A stretch of DNA of 43,254 nt, from contig MHOA01000010.1 in assembly GCA_001821765.1 (NCBI GenBank), positions 1 to 43,254 of the forward strand, given 5' to 3'. The notes under the pieces are model-generated. The model was not told the DNA's origin and did no database searches. It saw nothing but the letters and a program-made list of their open reading frames with translations. This DNA comes from Candidatus Ryanbacteria bacterium RIFCSPLOWO2_12_FULL_44_26 (GTDB lineage Bacteria > Patescibacteriota > Minisyncoccia > Ryanbacterales > HO2-45-13). The position numbers were made by a program, and so were the translations under genes. Shown piece after piece: positions 16,762-26,441 of this stretch (position 1 is its first letter; each line of letters opens with the position of its first letter).

Positions 16762-17283
16762 TTGAGCGAAGAATCAACGGAAACCGGCAGCAGTAACGAT
16801 GAAGATGAAAAACCGGCGCCTGAAGACATCCGCCTTGAATATCAAGAGTGCGCGACGCTGTCCAGATTCTTTGTGGGCATCCGCTTCAGTTTCTTTGCGT
16901 CATTTATCACGTTCTTTGTCATTTTAATAGGCGGGTATCATTATGTGTGGTCAGCGAGGAGAGCGGTATTCGGAGAACTCCAGCCATATTTGCTGTTCGT
17001 TGTCGCATTCTCCGGCCTCATTGTTGCAGTTGTTGGATGGCTTGTTGAGAAAAGAAACGTCTTCCTTTACCGGACGTGTGACGAGCGGCTGCAGGAACTG
17101 GAAGAGGAACTGCGTATTCCTATGGGAATATATCGCCGCTTAAGGTTTCCCACTGCGTTCTCAAGATTTCTTGGCATTCCCGCCCGGCACGTTGTTGCGA
17201 TATACACGATGTATACGGCGATTTCAATTGTGTGGATTATCCTCGTGGTATACAGCGGTTACCGGGTTTGGGAAGTTTGGTAA
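16762..17283 (+). CDS. 3-TM membrane protein of unknown function
   Basis: SD GGAGG with TTG start; EY..C....RFFVGIRF, TM1, TM2, LVEKRN..LY..C..R..ELEEEL, TM3. Confidence 0.75.
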   Translation: MSEESTETGSSNDEDEKPAPEDIRLEYQECATLSRFFVGIRFSFFASFITFFVILIGGYHYVWSARRAVFGELQPYLLFVVAFSGLIVAVVGWLVEKRNVFLYRTCDERLQELEEELRIPMGIYRRLRFPTAFSRFLGIPARHVVAIYTMYTAISIVWIILVVYSGYRVWEVW

Positions 17284-17302
17284 AAAACCAAAGGAGGTAA
17301 CA

Positions 17303-17470
17303 ATGAAAGACTACAAACCTTCTCCATGGGTGAAGGGTGAAGAGGATCCATGGGAGCGCTTTTTCACACGCGTGGCAGAAGTACTTTTTGCAATCGGTAT
17401 CCCGATAGCGATCATCGGTTTCATCATGTGGGCAATCGGGATTTTCAGCATCCCACTGCCAATCCATTAG
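17303..17470 (+). CDS. Small single-pass membrane protein (55 aa)
   Basis: SD AAAGGAGGTAA; MKDYKPSPWVKGEEDPWERFFTRVAEVLFAIGIPIAIIGFIMWAIGIFSIPLPIH; terminator CGGCACGAC/GTCGTGCCG-TTTTTTT at 17501-17529. Confidence 0.7.
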   Translation: MKDYKPSPWVKGEEDPWERFFTRVAEVLFAIGIPIAIIGFIMWAIGIFSIPLPIH

Positions 17471-17565
17471 CAAGGAGGCGACATTCCCGCCTTCGGAGCA
17501 CGGCACGACTTCGGTCGTGCCGTTTTTTTATTTTACTTTTTTATCCAAGCGTCCTTTTCTCCGCA

Positions 17566-17616
17566 TTTGTTATTCCCGAGAAAACGGCGAAGCGCAAAAC
17601 CGGCGGGCAGGGTTAT
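17566..17616 (+). repeat. 51-bp direct repeat, right copy
   Basis: 50/51 identical to 16550-16600. Confidence 0.95.
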
Positions 17617-17651
17617 AGACTAGCGCCATTCTTAGTTTCGCACAGCGTTTT

Positions 17652-19139
17652 TTATTCTTCAACGGCGGCTTGTTTTCTGGTGGTGAGGCGATCTAGGAGC
17701 ACTGCAATAAACGGGGAGAGGATAATCGGCAAAGCCCCGATGTATACAAGCGCCCATATCGGGTACCCTTCGTACGGCGTTACGAATTCGTTTTTGAGGT
17801 TTATGATGAGCAGAATGGTAAGAAAAATCGGTGTTATATATTTAATGGCAATATTCCAACTCACGCCCAGTTTGACGGTTGAAGTTTTATTTACAAACTC
17901 AAGCAGTTTGTTCCCTTTCCATGCCCATCCCACGATTACGGTTTCAAGAATGCCCATGATCACAAGCCCGTAATTTACAATGAAATGATCTGCGATATCC
18001 AAAAAATAAAGGCCGGCGTGCGTGGTAAACAGTAGCCCTCCGGCGATGCCGACCAGTGAAATAAGAAGGGCAATCTTTTTGGTTGGCGCGGCGGCGTATC
18101 TGTCTCTAAACGCCGCCGAGAACGCTTCAAGGAGCGAGAAAGCGCTGTCTATGGCAAGTGTCAGCAGCATGCCGAAAAACAGCACGGCAATAAGCGCATT
18201 GAAGGCAGGAAGAAGCGAAATCGCCAGAGGAAATATCATAAATACCAATGCAGGACCTCCGGTTACCGCCTCCGTTACCGGGACTCCCTGCTGCGTTGCC
18301 ATGTATCCTAAAGTTCCAAACACGACAAGTCCCGACATGAAGCTTACAAGAAAATTCCCGACCGCAACCCAAACTGCGCTCATGGTTATTTCTGTTTGTT
18401 TGGGGTTGAAACTTCCGTACGCAATCATAATTCCGAACGCCAGTGATAAACTGAAAAATACCTGTGAGAAAGCGGCAATCCAAAGATCGGGATTTGCCAG
18501 CGACGACCAATTTGGAACAAGAAACAGCGAAACCCCCTCTCCCGCACCTTCAAGCGTCAGCGCCCGCACGATGAGTATTGCAAGAATGACAAAGGGCAGT
18601 GTTGCAGTCCACACGACCACTTTGCTTACGCTTTGCACCCCTTTCCATACGGAAAAATATACCAACGCCCATGCAAACAGAAGTCCGGAGAGTACCGGCC
18701 ACGAAATACCGCCGATGTCGTTCACTCCCCCAGATAAATTTAATATGTCTCCCAAGAAAAAATTCACCGTATCATCTCCCCACGCAAGGGTAAAGGCAGA
18801 AGCAAAATAATTAACGCTCCAACTCATTACTGCCATATAATAAAACAACACCATCATCCCAAGCGTGATTGCAAGCCATCCAAGGTAGCGAAATCCTTTT
18901 CTTATTTTTCCCATCGCATCAGGCGCGGCGCGCTGCATCATTTGTCCCAGTCCAATCTCAAGAATAAGCAGCGGGATGCCTATGACGATGTTCGCGAGCA
19001 CAAGGACTAATATGAAAGCGGCGCCCCCATGTTCGTACGCAAGAAAAGGGAAGCGCCATAAATTTCCAAGGCCCGCAGCCGAGCCGATTGCCGCAAGTAT
19101 AAAAACCCAGCGGCTTGGCCAATGCTGTCTTTGGAGCAT
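17652..19139 (-). CDS. Sodium-dependent transporter, neurotransmitter:sodium symporter (NSS/SNF) family
   Basis: GSAAGLGNLWRFP, GGAAF, QVFFSLS, GPALVF motifs. Confidence 0.95.
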   Translation of the reverse strand: MLQRQHWPSRWVFILAAIGSAAGLGNLWRFPFLAYEHGGAAFILVLVLANIVIGIPLLILEIGLGQMMQRAAPDAMGKIRKGFRYLGWLAITLGMMVLFYYMAVMSWSVNYFASAFTLAWGDDTVNFFLGDILNLSGGVNDIGGISWPVLSGLLFAWALVYFSVWKGVQSVSKVVVWTATLPFVILAILIVRALTLEGAGEGVSLFLVPNWSSLANPDLWIAAFSQVFFSLSLAFGIMIAYGSFNPKQTEITMSAVWVAVGNFLVSFMSGLVVFGTLGYMATQQGVPVTEAVTGGPALVFMIFPLAISLLPAFNALIAVLFFGMLLTLAIDSAFSLLEAFSAAFRDRYAAAPTKKIALLISLVGIAGGLLFTTHAGLYFLDIADHFIVNYGLVIMGILETVIVGWAWKGNKLLEFVNKTSTVKLGVSWNIAIKYITPIFLTILLIINLKNEFVTPYEGYPIWALVYIGALPIILSPFIAVLLDRLTTRKQAAVEE

Positions 19140-19326
19140 AGTATGAGTAGTAAAAAATTGAGTATAAGCGACCTCGTTACTATTATATGCTTTTCGGGCG
19201 CTGGTTGCTAAATACAGAAAAGCGCTTTTTTACATGTGTTTTCAATCATACTGGACGACGCCCACTTTTCTTATTATACTGAAGGCAGTGTTGATTATTC
19301 GTTAAAATATTATATATCAGTACATC

Positions 19327-19713
19327 ATGGACCCTCTTTTAAGAGAAATCGTCTTTATAACAGGAAGGATTCTTTTTGGCGGATTTTTTCTTATGAGTGG
19401 CGCTAACCATTTCATGAAGTTATCAGCAATGACCCAGTATGCCCAATCCAAAGGCGTCCCAAGTCCAAAACTCGCTGTGATGGCAACCGGCCTTTTGCTG
19501 ATGCTCGGAGGCGTTGGATTTATTTTGTGGAGGTATCTGCTTATTGCATCACTGTTGCTTATTGTGTTTTTAGTGTTCGTATCATTTATCATGCATCGGT
19601 TTTGGAAAGAGGAAGACCCGGGAGCAAAGATGGTAGAGATGACAAATTTTATGAAAAACATGGCGCTTCTTGGCGTGGCGCTTATCTTTTTTGCGTTTGA
19701 GATGGGCGGATAA
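19327..19713 (+). CDS. DoxX-family membrane protein
   Basis: GRILFGGFFLMSGANHF, MHRFW, FMKNMALLG. Confidence 0.85.
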   Translation: MDPLLREIVFITGRILFGGFFLMSGANHFMKLSAMTQYAQSKGVPSPKLAVMATGLLLMLGGVGFILWRYLLIASLLLIVFLVFVSFIMHRFWKEEDPGAKMVEMTNFMKNMALLGVALIFFAFEMGG

Positions 19714-20076
19714 CTCATTACAAACTCCTTGTTTCAAACCCAAATCATCCACAGATAAAATAGCGCTGCACTTGATTGGACGCAGGTTGTCGGTTATTCT
19801 ATAATCAGAAGTTGATCATTGTTTCTTGCGTGGAGCGGTTCTCCATACTACTGCATAGAACGATTGAAATGCTTTCCACGAGAGTGGAAATCCCCTTTCA
19901 ATCGCTAGACACATCAGAAGGAGCGAGAACCGCCCCACGCAGCCAGTTTTCAAAGAAGGCCATCGGCCTTCTTTTTTTGTGTGCGGGAATTTGTGTGGGG
20001 GGTTTGGGCGTGATTGATTTCTTTTTTCTGTTGCTATAAAATGGTTATAGCCATACGGCTTTGCTGGAGGGATCAT

Positions 20077-20367
20077 ATGCTCAATTTTCGGTGGGCAGGA
20101 CTGCCCAAACAAACCGAACAGAGGATCTGCGCAGCGGCATATGAAAACCACAGAGCAGCTCTGTTTGCAATGAAAAAGGAGCAGGCAATATCGAGCGTGA
20201 GGACAGAGCTCGGAAAGTACGTTCTTACTCGTTGGCATTGCGGGAGGCGGATGGCGCAGGTAAAGGTTTTTGTGAGCCGTTCAGATCTCCTGACCCCCCC
20301 GTTGATTCAAGAGATCAGAGTTCCGGACAGATATGTATGTATACGGTGTTGGAAAGCCGAATGCTAG
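20077..20367 (+). CDS. Hypothetical protein with a possible zinc ribbon (HCG...CIRC)
   Basis: GGAGG SD before ATG 20077; hairpin downstream. Confidence 0.45.
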   Translation: MLNFRWAGLPKQTEQRICAAAYENHRAALFAMKKEQAISSVRTELGKYVLTRWHCGRRMAQVKVFVSRSDLLTPPLIQEIRVPDRYVCIRCWKAEC

Positions 20368-20450
20368 GAGGGTGGTAGTTTTATATGGGCTCTTCGTTTC
20401 GGAGAGCCCATTTGCTTTCCCGCAGGTGCTGTTGAGGTTATTATATAAGT

Positions 20451-20609
20451 ATGGTGCAATGTATAAAGAAAAATGACGGAGCGCATTTTGTATGCGAAGT
20501 ATGCGGTTTAAAGTATCAAAAAAAAGAATTGGCTGGGAAATGCGAAGCATGGTGTAGGGAGCATAAAAGCTGTAATCTTAAGATTATACAATACGCGATC
20601 AAGGAATAA
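20451..20609 (+). CDS. Small Cys/His zinc-binding protein (52 aa)
   Basis: MVQCIKKNDGAHFVCEVCGLKYQKKELAGKCEAWCREHKSCNLKIIQYAIKE; below the ORF-track cut-off. Confidence 0.7.
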   Translation: MVQCIKKNDGAHFVCEVCGLKYQKKELAGKCEAWCREHKSCNLKIIQYAIKE

Positions 20610-20679
20610 CGAGTTTTGTGTATAGAAGGTTGCCCTTTGCCAACAAACGCACAAACTGTTACAATGACATCACTTTTGT

Positions 20680-21498
20680 ATGACAAACGAACAACAAAAT
20701 AATACAGGGCGCGCCGAAGAAGAGTCCGGTGGGACTGTAGCCGACTCAAATTTTCACCAAAGCCCGTACATGATTCCTATATCCATAATCATTGCGGGGT
20801 TGTTCATTAGCGGCGCTATTATGTATTCTGGCGGCAGTTCACAGAAATCCCCCGCCAGCACAGCAGATGCCGTGGATTCCGAGGAAAAGTCCGACGGCGA
20901 TGATGCCGCGGGAGCCGCAAGAAGCGTGGACAATATACGGCCGGTTGGAGCGGGAGATCATATTCTTGGATCACCGGATGCGCCGGTAAAGATTGTGGAG
21001 TATTCAGACACCGAGTGCCCGTTCTGTAAGCGTTTTCATCTTACATTGAAACAAATTATTGATGCTGATGAATATGGAAGAGCAGGGAAAGTCGCTTGGG
21101 TGTATAGGCATTTTCCGCTCGCCGCGCTTCATAGAAAAGCCTTTAGCGAAGCACAAGCGACGGAGTGTGCTGCGGAACTTGGAGGAAACGAGCAGTTTTG
21201 GCTCTACTTGGACCGCCTTTTTGAGGTAACTCCGTCAAATGACGGTTTGGAGGAGGCGGAACTGCCCCGCATTGCTCAATATATTGGACTTGATCAGGAA
21301 GCTTTTGAGCGTTGTTTGACAAGCGGGAGGCATGAAAACATCGTGAATGATGACTATGATAATGCCGTTGCTTCTGGGGGCACCGGAACGCCGTTTAGTG
21401 TTGTTATAACAAATAACGGCGGGAAATATATCATTTCGGGAGCCCAGCCGTACGAGACCGTAAAAAGAGTTATAGATCAGGCGCTTTCGTCAAATTAG
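20680..21498 (+). CDS. Membrane-anchored DsbA-family thiol-disulfide oxidoreductase
   Basis: TM; DHILGSPDAPVKIVEYSDTECPFC, YRHFPL, GTP. Confidence 0.92.
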   Translation: MTNEQQNNTGRAEEESGGTVADSNFHQSPYMIPISIIIAGLFISGAIMYSGGSSQKSPASTADAVDSEEKSDGDDAAGAARSVDNIRPVGAGDHILGSPDAPVKIVEYSDTECPFCKRFHLTLKQIIDADEYGRAGKVAWVYRHFPLAALHRKAFSEAQATECAAELGGNEQFWLYLDRLFEVTPSNDGLEEAELPRIAQYIGLDQEAFERCLTSGRHENIVNDDYDNAVASGGTGTPFSVVITNNGGKYIISGAQPYETVKRVIDQALSSN

Positions 21499-21569
21499 CT
21501 TCGTTGCCGGTATACATTAGAACATACTCACGTTGAAGCTAGGGCGAACAAAGCCGACAAGTTAGAGTA

Positions 21570-21986
21570 ATGACTCCACACACGCTTCTTTTCACGCTTG
21601 CGGCCATTGGCATCAGTGAAACCGCATATTTGATTCGCAAACGCAGGGCGCTTGAGCAGCCTATTTGTCCTCTTGGCGAGGATTGTGTGAGCGTTTTACA
21701 CAGCAAATATAACCGGATTGCTGGAGTGTACAATGATGTTTTAGGGTTCGGCTTTTATGTTGTCCTGTCGTTTCTGGCCGCTTTTATTGTTTTGGGGCTC
21801 GAGCCATTTTCAACGCCGGTGTTTGCTACAAGATTGCTTCTTGTGTTTGGGACGATGCTCTCACTTCGGTTTATATATTTGCAATGGAGGGTTATTCAAT
21901 CCTGGTGTTTTTGGTGTCTTATGTCAGCTGTTACTATTTTTGGCATGACGGTCATTGCCTTTGTAAGCGACTTGGCAATGCCGTAA
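21570..21986 (+). CDS. Vitamin K epoxide reductase (VKOR) family protein
   Basis: CPLGEDCVSVLHSKY loop and CFWC active site. Confidence 0.9.
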   Translation: MTPHTLLFTLAAIGISETAYLIRKRRALEQPICPLGEDCVSVLHSKYNRIAGVYNDVLGFGFYVVLSFLAAFIVLGLEPFSTPVFATRLLLVFGTMLSLRFIYLQWRVIQSWCFWCLMSAVTIFGMTVIAFVSDLAMP

Positions 21987-21998
21987 GATAATAAATAT

Positions 21999-22394
21999 AT
22001 GAAAACTGCGGCATTTCATATCTTGCGTGTTGGTATAGCCATAACATTTATATGGATAGGGGTGTTGATACTTCGGGAGCCGGAAGTTTGGGGGCTGGGA
22101 TATATCCAGCCGTGGGCGCTTAATCTGATGCGTCTTCCGGTAAAGGATGCAATGATTTTTACCGCGATTCTTGATATTGTTGTCGGGTTTTTGCTGCTTG
22201 TGGACGTTGGAACGTGGGCAGCTTCGCTTGCGGCCTCCTTTCATCTTATGGTTGTCTTGGTTGTTTCTGGTATTAATGAAATCACCGTCCGTGACATTGG
22301 ACTTCTTGCCGCTGCGGTGTCACTTTTTGTCTGCACTGTTCCTTCAACGGTTGTTACCTTTGTCTTTCGAAAAAACCCTGAAACGCGACAGTGA
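21999..22394 (+). CDS. DoxX-like membrane protein
   Basis: LRVGIAITFIWIG, G.LLL, VRDIGLLAAA. Confidence 0.7.
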   Translation: MKTAAFHILRVGIAITFIWIGVLILREPEVWGLGYIQPWALNLMRLPVKDAMIFTAILDIVVGFLLLVDVGTWAASLAASFHLMVVLVVSGINEITVRDIGLLAAAVSLFVCTVPSTVVTFVFRKNPETRQ

Positions 22395-22470
22395 TCTATA
22401 TTGCGTGTTGGAGTAGTGAGCTGAATTTTTCGTATATGCGCTCTTATTTGATTACTTTCATAATGCGGGC

Positions 22471-23415
22471 ATGCTGACAATATTTTGGTTTGTAATTTTT
22501 GTACTTAGTTTTTTTGTGCTTATTCAGGCCTCGCGTTATTTCGTTGAATCGGCTGAGCGTTTGGGACTGAAACTCGGAATGCCTTCGTTTATGGTCGGCA
22601 TTACAATTGTTGCCGTTGGAACATCTTTTCCGGAGCTGGCCGTTTCAATCATTGCTGTTGTCAGCGGTGCAACAGAGATTGTTGTCGGAAATGTTATAGG
22701 ATCCAATGTCACCAATATTTTTCTTATTCTGGGCGTGACCGCCATTGCCGCCGGGAGGATTAAAATTACAAGGGAACTGTTAAGCGTTGACCTGTCTTTC
22801 CTTGTCGGATCCTCGTTTCTTTTGGTCGCAGCGCTTTTAGACAGGCAGTTTACAATTTCAGAGGCGCTTTTATTCATTGCCGGGTTTATCGTGTACGTTT
22901 TGTATGCGCTTACGATTGAAAAAGAGGGAAAGCATGGGAAAATGGTGGCCGGTCGCCTTGATCATAAAGGGATAGAAGGGTCGCTTATAATGATTTTGGT
23001 AGCAAGTCCCGTTGTTATGTACTTTGGGGCGGAATACACCATTAAAGCCGTCCTTAAACTCTCTGAATTTTTAAACGTCGGAGTCGAAATAATCGCCGCA
23101 AGCGCCATTGCTTTGGGAACGTCACTGCCTGAACTCGCCGTCAGCTTAAGCGCAGTGCGGAAAGGAAAGGCTGAAATGGCGATCGGGAATATTCTCGGTT
23201 CAAACATTTTTAATACATTTGCAGTGATGGGAATCCCGGCCCTTTTTGGGACGCTGTTTGTCCCGGAAAGCATGATTGTGTTTGGTCTTCCCATGTTGCT
23301 TATAGCAACATTTTTATATTTCTTTGCCATAAGGGATAATATGACAACAAAATGGGAAGGGTGGATGCTGGTCATTTTCTATTTCTTTTTTATCAGCGAG
23401 CTTTTCAGCGTTTGA
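22471..23415 (+). CDS. Ca2+/Na+ antiporter (YrbG/CaCA family)
   Basis: Two alpha repeats: GTSFPE/GNVIGSN and GTSLPE/GNILGSN. Confidence 0.95.
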   Translation: MLTIFWFVIFVLSFFVLIQASRYFVESAERLGLKLGMPSFMVGITIVAVGTSFPELAVSIIAVVSGATEIVVGNVIGSNVTNIFLILGVTAIAAGRIKITRELLSVDLSFLVGSSFLLVAALLDRQFTISEALLFIAGFIVYVLYALTIEKEGKHGKMVAGRLDHKGIEGSLIMILVASPVVMYFGAEYTIKAVLKLSEFLNVGVEIIAASAIALGTSLPELAVSLSAVRKGKAEMAIGNILGSNIFNTFAVMGIPALFGTLFVPESMIVFGLPMLLIATFLYFFAIRDNMTTKWEGWMLVIFYFFFISELFSV

Positions 23416-23492
23416 CGCGGTGTGCAGCCGCCCTATTTTGTTCTGCGTTGCTTTTTTGACAAACGTTGATCAGATGGCTTTCATAACTATCA

Positions 23493-26096
23493 ATGTGGTA
23501 TCAACTTTCGCTTGCCGAAATCGCTCGTAAGCTCGATACGAATCTCGAACAAGGCCTTTCTCATCAGGAAGCAGAAAAGAAACGGGCCGTTTTTGGTTTT
23601 AATGAGCTTCCGCAGGGAAAGAAACTGCGTTGGTGGCGGCTGATGCTTCGGCAGTTTAACAACCCAATGATTTATATCCTGCTCATTGCAGCGGCGATCA
23701 CGTTATGGCTTAAGGAGTTTATAGATTTTTATGTCATTACACTCGCCGTTATAGTAAACGTCGTTATAGGGTTTTGGCAGGAATTTCGATCAAGCAGAAT
23801 TTTTGAACAGCTTAGAAGTCTTGTGGCGATAAGAACCCTTGTGAAGAGGGATGGAAAGATTTTTGAGATTGACAGCAAAAATCTTGTCCCCGGGGACATT
23901 ATCATTCTTAAAGGAAGCGCGAAAGTTCCTGCTGATGGGCGGCTGATAAGCGCAAGGAAACTTACCGTTGATGAAGCGTTGCTTACCGGAGAATCCGCCG
24001 CTGTTGATAAGAAGGCAAAGGATATGTCCGGCACAGTCGCGATTGGCGATCGTGTAAATATGGTGCACACAGGAACGATTGTTGAAAAAGGGGAAGGTGT
24101 TGCGGTGGTGGTGGCGACCGGATTGAAAACGGAACTTGGGGAAATTGCGAGGTTAACGGCAAGCGTTGGGGAAGAAACAACGCCATTGCAAGAACGTCTC
24201 CGGTATCTTGGAAGGAAACTTGCGATCTACGTTACGATTATCTCGATCATTATTTTTGTTCTTGGGAGTCTGGAAGGCAAAGGGTTTGTTCAAATGTTTA
24301 CGGTGACGGTTGCGATTATCGTTGCTGCCATTCCAGAAGGACTGCCCGCCGCCTTAGCCGTTGTTTTAGCGGTATCAGTACAGCGGATCTTGCGGAGAAA
24401 CGGGTTAGTAAAAAAACTTATCGGAGCTGAAACGCTCGGTTCCGCTTCCATTATTGTAACCGATAAAACCGGCACTCTGACGGAGGGGAAAATGGAGGTA
24501 GAACAGCTCATCGGCGTTCGCGATACAAGACGAGCCGCCCTTGTCATGGCGCTGGCAAACGAAGCTATTGTTGAAGAAGGCGGCGAGAAGCAAATCAGAG
24601 GAGAGGAAACCGATCGCGCCAAAATACGGTTTTTTCTGGAAAGCGGCGGTGATATCCGTTCAGCGCTTCATGAATACAAACGCGAAGCGCTTCTGCCGTT
24701 TAATCAGATAAAAAAATATGTCGCATCGTTTCACACCGCGTCAGACGGGAACTCTTTCGTGTTTGTAACAGGCGCCCCCGAGATGTTGGTTTCCATTTCT
24801 AAAATTCCAAGAACTCAAAAGGAGAAAATTTTAAAAGATGTTGAGCAAAACGCGTCACGGGGTTTTCGGATGATAGGAATTGCCGAACGAACGCTGCCCC
24901 GTGAGCAAAAAGTGGACTGGGATGATGATGCAGCGCTGGATAACATGATATACGACCTTTCATTTGTCGGTCTTGCCGTTATTCGGGATCCGATTCGGGA
25001 CGATGTGAAAGAATCAGTGTTTATGACGAGAAAAGCCGGCATACAAATTGTCATGGCGACGGGCGATCATCGGCTTACTGCTCTTACAATAGGAAAGGAA
25101 TTGGGGTTTTCCGGCAAGCCGGACTCGGTTGTAAGCGGTGAAGAGCTTGAACGGATGTCTGATGAAGAGTTTTTAAAGAGAATCGGGGAAATTGAGATTT
25201 ATTCGCGCGTCAGCCCTTCCCATAAGATGAGAATAGTAAACGCACTTCGTGAAAAAGGAGAAGTTGTTGCCATGACGGGAGACGGCGTTAATGACGCACC
25301 AGCGCTGAAAGCGGCCGATATAGGAATTTCTCTTGCCTCGGGAACAGATGTGACCAAGGAGACTGCGGATTTGGTTCTTTTAGATAACAGTTTTTCTGTT
25401 ATCACAGAAGCTATCCGTCAAGGCCGTATTGCTTTTGATAATATTCGCAAGGTTACTGTGTTTTTGTTTACAAACTCTTTTACGGAGATTATTCTTGTGC
25501 TTTCCGCACTCTTATTTAGGATCCCATTACCGGTATCAGCTGTACAAATTTTGTGGGCGAACTTTGTAGAAGACGGTTTTCCAAACTTCGCGCTTGCATT
25601 TGAACCTGGCGAAAAAGATATCATGAGACGTAAACCCTTGCGCCGCAACGAGCCGATTCTCAATAAGCAAAGCCTTATTATCATTTTTATTGTTGGTATC
25701 ATTTCGGATTTATTGATGGTTGCTATATATTTGTATCTTTACTATTACACCGATTTCTCATTCCAATATATAAGAACCATCATGTTTTCTATGCTCGCCA
25801 CCGATGCATTAGTATATGTGTTTTCCATTAAATCGCTGGGCCGCTCCATACTTCGTACCAATGTATTGGATAATGTTTATCTGTTGTTTGCGGTGTTTTT
25901 TGGATTTTTGGTGATGGCGGCTTCTATTTATGTTCCAACCCTGCAGCGGCTTTTAAGCACTGTTTCTCTTAGTTTGCCCGCAATACTTTTTGTTCTTGGC
26001 AAGGGTCTCTTGTTGGTGACGCTTATTGAGTTGGTGAAGTGGTTTTTTTATAGAAAAAACACTTTCCAATTGGCAGCAGACAAACAGATGTGTTAA
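23493..26096 (+). CDS. P-type (II) cation-transporting ATPase, Ca2+-ATPase-like
   Basis: TGES, IPEGLP, DKTGT, TGDGVNDAPALK, QILWAN motifs. Confidence 0.95.
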   Translation: MWYQLSLAEIARKLDTNLEQGLSHQEAEKKRAVFGFNELPQGKKLRWWRLMLRQFNNPMIYILLIAAAITLWLKEFIDFYVITLAVIVNVVIGFWQEFRSSRIFEQLRSLVAIRTLVKRDGKIFEIDSKNLVPGDIIILKGSAKVPADGRLISARKLTVDEALLTGESAAVDKKAKDMSGTVAIGDRVNMVHTGTIVEKGEGVAVVVATGLKTELGEIARLTASVGEETTPLQERLRYLGRKLAIYVTIISIIIFVLGSLEGKGFVQMFTVTVAIIVAAIPEGLPAALAVVLAVSVQRILRRNGLVKKLIGAETLGSASIIVTDKTGTLTEGKMEVEQLIGVRDTRRAALVMALANEAIVEEGGEKQIRGEETDRAKIRFFLESGGDIRSALHEYKREALLPFNQIKKYVASFHTASDGNSFVFVTGAPEMLVSISKIPRTQKEKILKDVEQNASRGFRMIGIAERTLPREQKVDWDDDAALDNMIYDLSFVGLAVIRDPIRDDVKESVFMTRKAGIQIVMATGDHRLTALTIGKELGFSGKPDSVVSGEELERMSDEEFLKRIGEIEIYSRVSPSHKMRIVNALREKGEVVAMTGDGVNDAPALKAADIGISLASGTDVTKETADLVLLDNSFSVITEAIRQGRIAFDNIRKVTVFLFTNSFTEIILVLSALLFRIPLPVSAVQILWANFVEDGFPNFALAFEPGEKDIMRRKPLRRNEPILNKQSLIIIFIVGIISDLLMVAIYLYLYYYTDFSFQYIRTIMFSMLATDALVYVFSIKSLGRSILRTNVLDNVYLLFAVFFGFLVMAASIYVPTLQRLLSTVSLSLPAILFVLGKGLLLVTLIELVKWFFYRKNTFQLAADKQMC

Positions 26097-26151
26097 AATG
26101 GGAAAGTCGGCTTCGCCGGCCGATATTATTGGTTTAATTATCATTTTTCGT

Positions 26152-26379
26152 ATGGGTTTATTTGATTTCTTAAAAGGGAAAAAAGGAGAAAAAAACACTT
26201 CCGTAACAGGGGAGCTGCAAGAAGAAGCATTTACGTGTGCGAAATGCGGAAAGGTGAAAAAGGAGATTGAAGGGAACTATGTGCTGGAGGGGAGCGCTTT
26301 TTGCTGCAAGGAATGCTGCGGTGATCCCGCGAAAGGGGAACACAAGCAAAAAACCGATAAAGTCTGCGAGTTTTGTTGA
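26152..26379 (+). CDS. Small Cys-rich metal-binding protein
   Basis: MGLFDFLKGKK...CAKC...FCCKECC...VCEFC. Confidence 0.65.
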   Translation: MGLFDFLKGKKGEKNTSVTGELQEEAFTCAKCGKVKKEIEGNYVLEGSAFCCKECCGDPAKGEHKQKTDKVCEFC

Positions 26380-26441
26380 GTATGTTGCATAGCAAAATCA
26401 TTCATATACGAATCAATCAAATATCCGAATAACTTTTGGTA

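Noticed and set aside
16550-17616. 51-bp repeat pair as a DGR TR/VR, integron attC sites or CRISPR repeats
   Set aside because: Only two copies 1 kb apart with one mismatch; no reverse transcriptase, integron integrase or cas genes in the window; no attC palindrome.
11046-17616. Prophage
   Set aside because: No integrase, terminase, capsid or replication genes; only scattered orphan genes.
17350-17973. 207-aa plus-strand ORF containing FVIPEKTAK
   Set aside because: It crosses a terminator, the direct repeat and the antisense strand of the NSS gene; the peptide match comes only from the repeat.
19776-20039. Possible small membrane protein ORF
   Set aside because: Hydrophobic end but no SD or recognisable motif; too weak to call.
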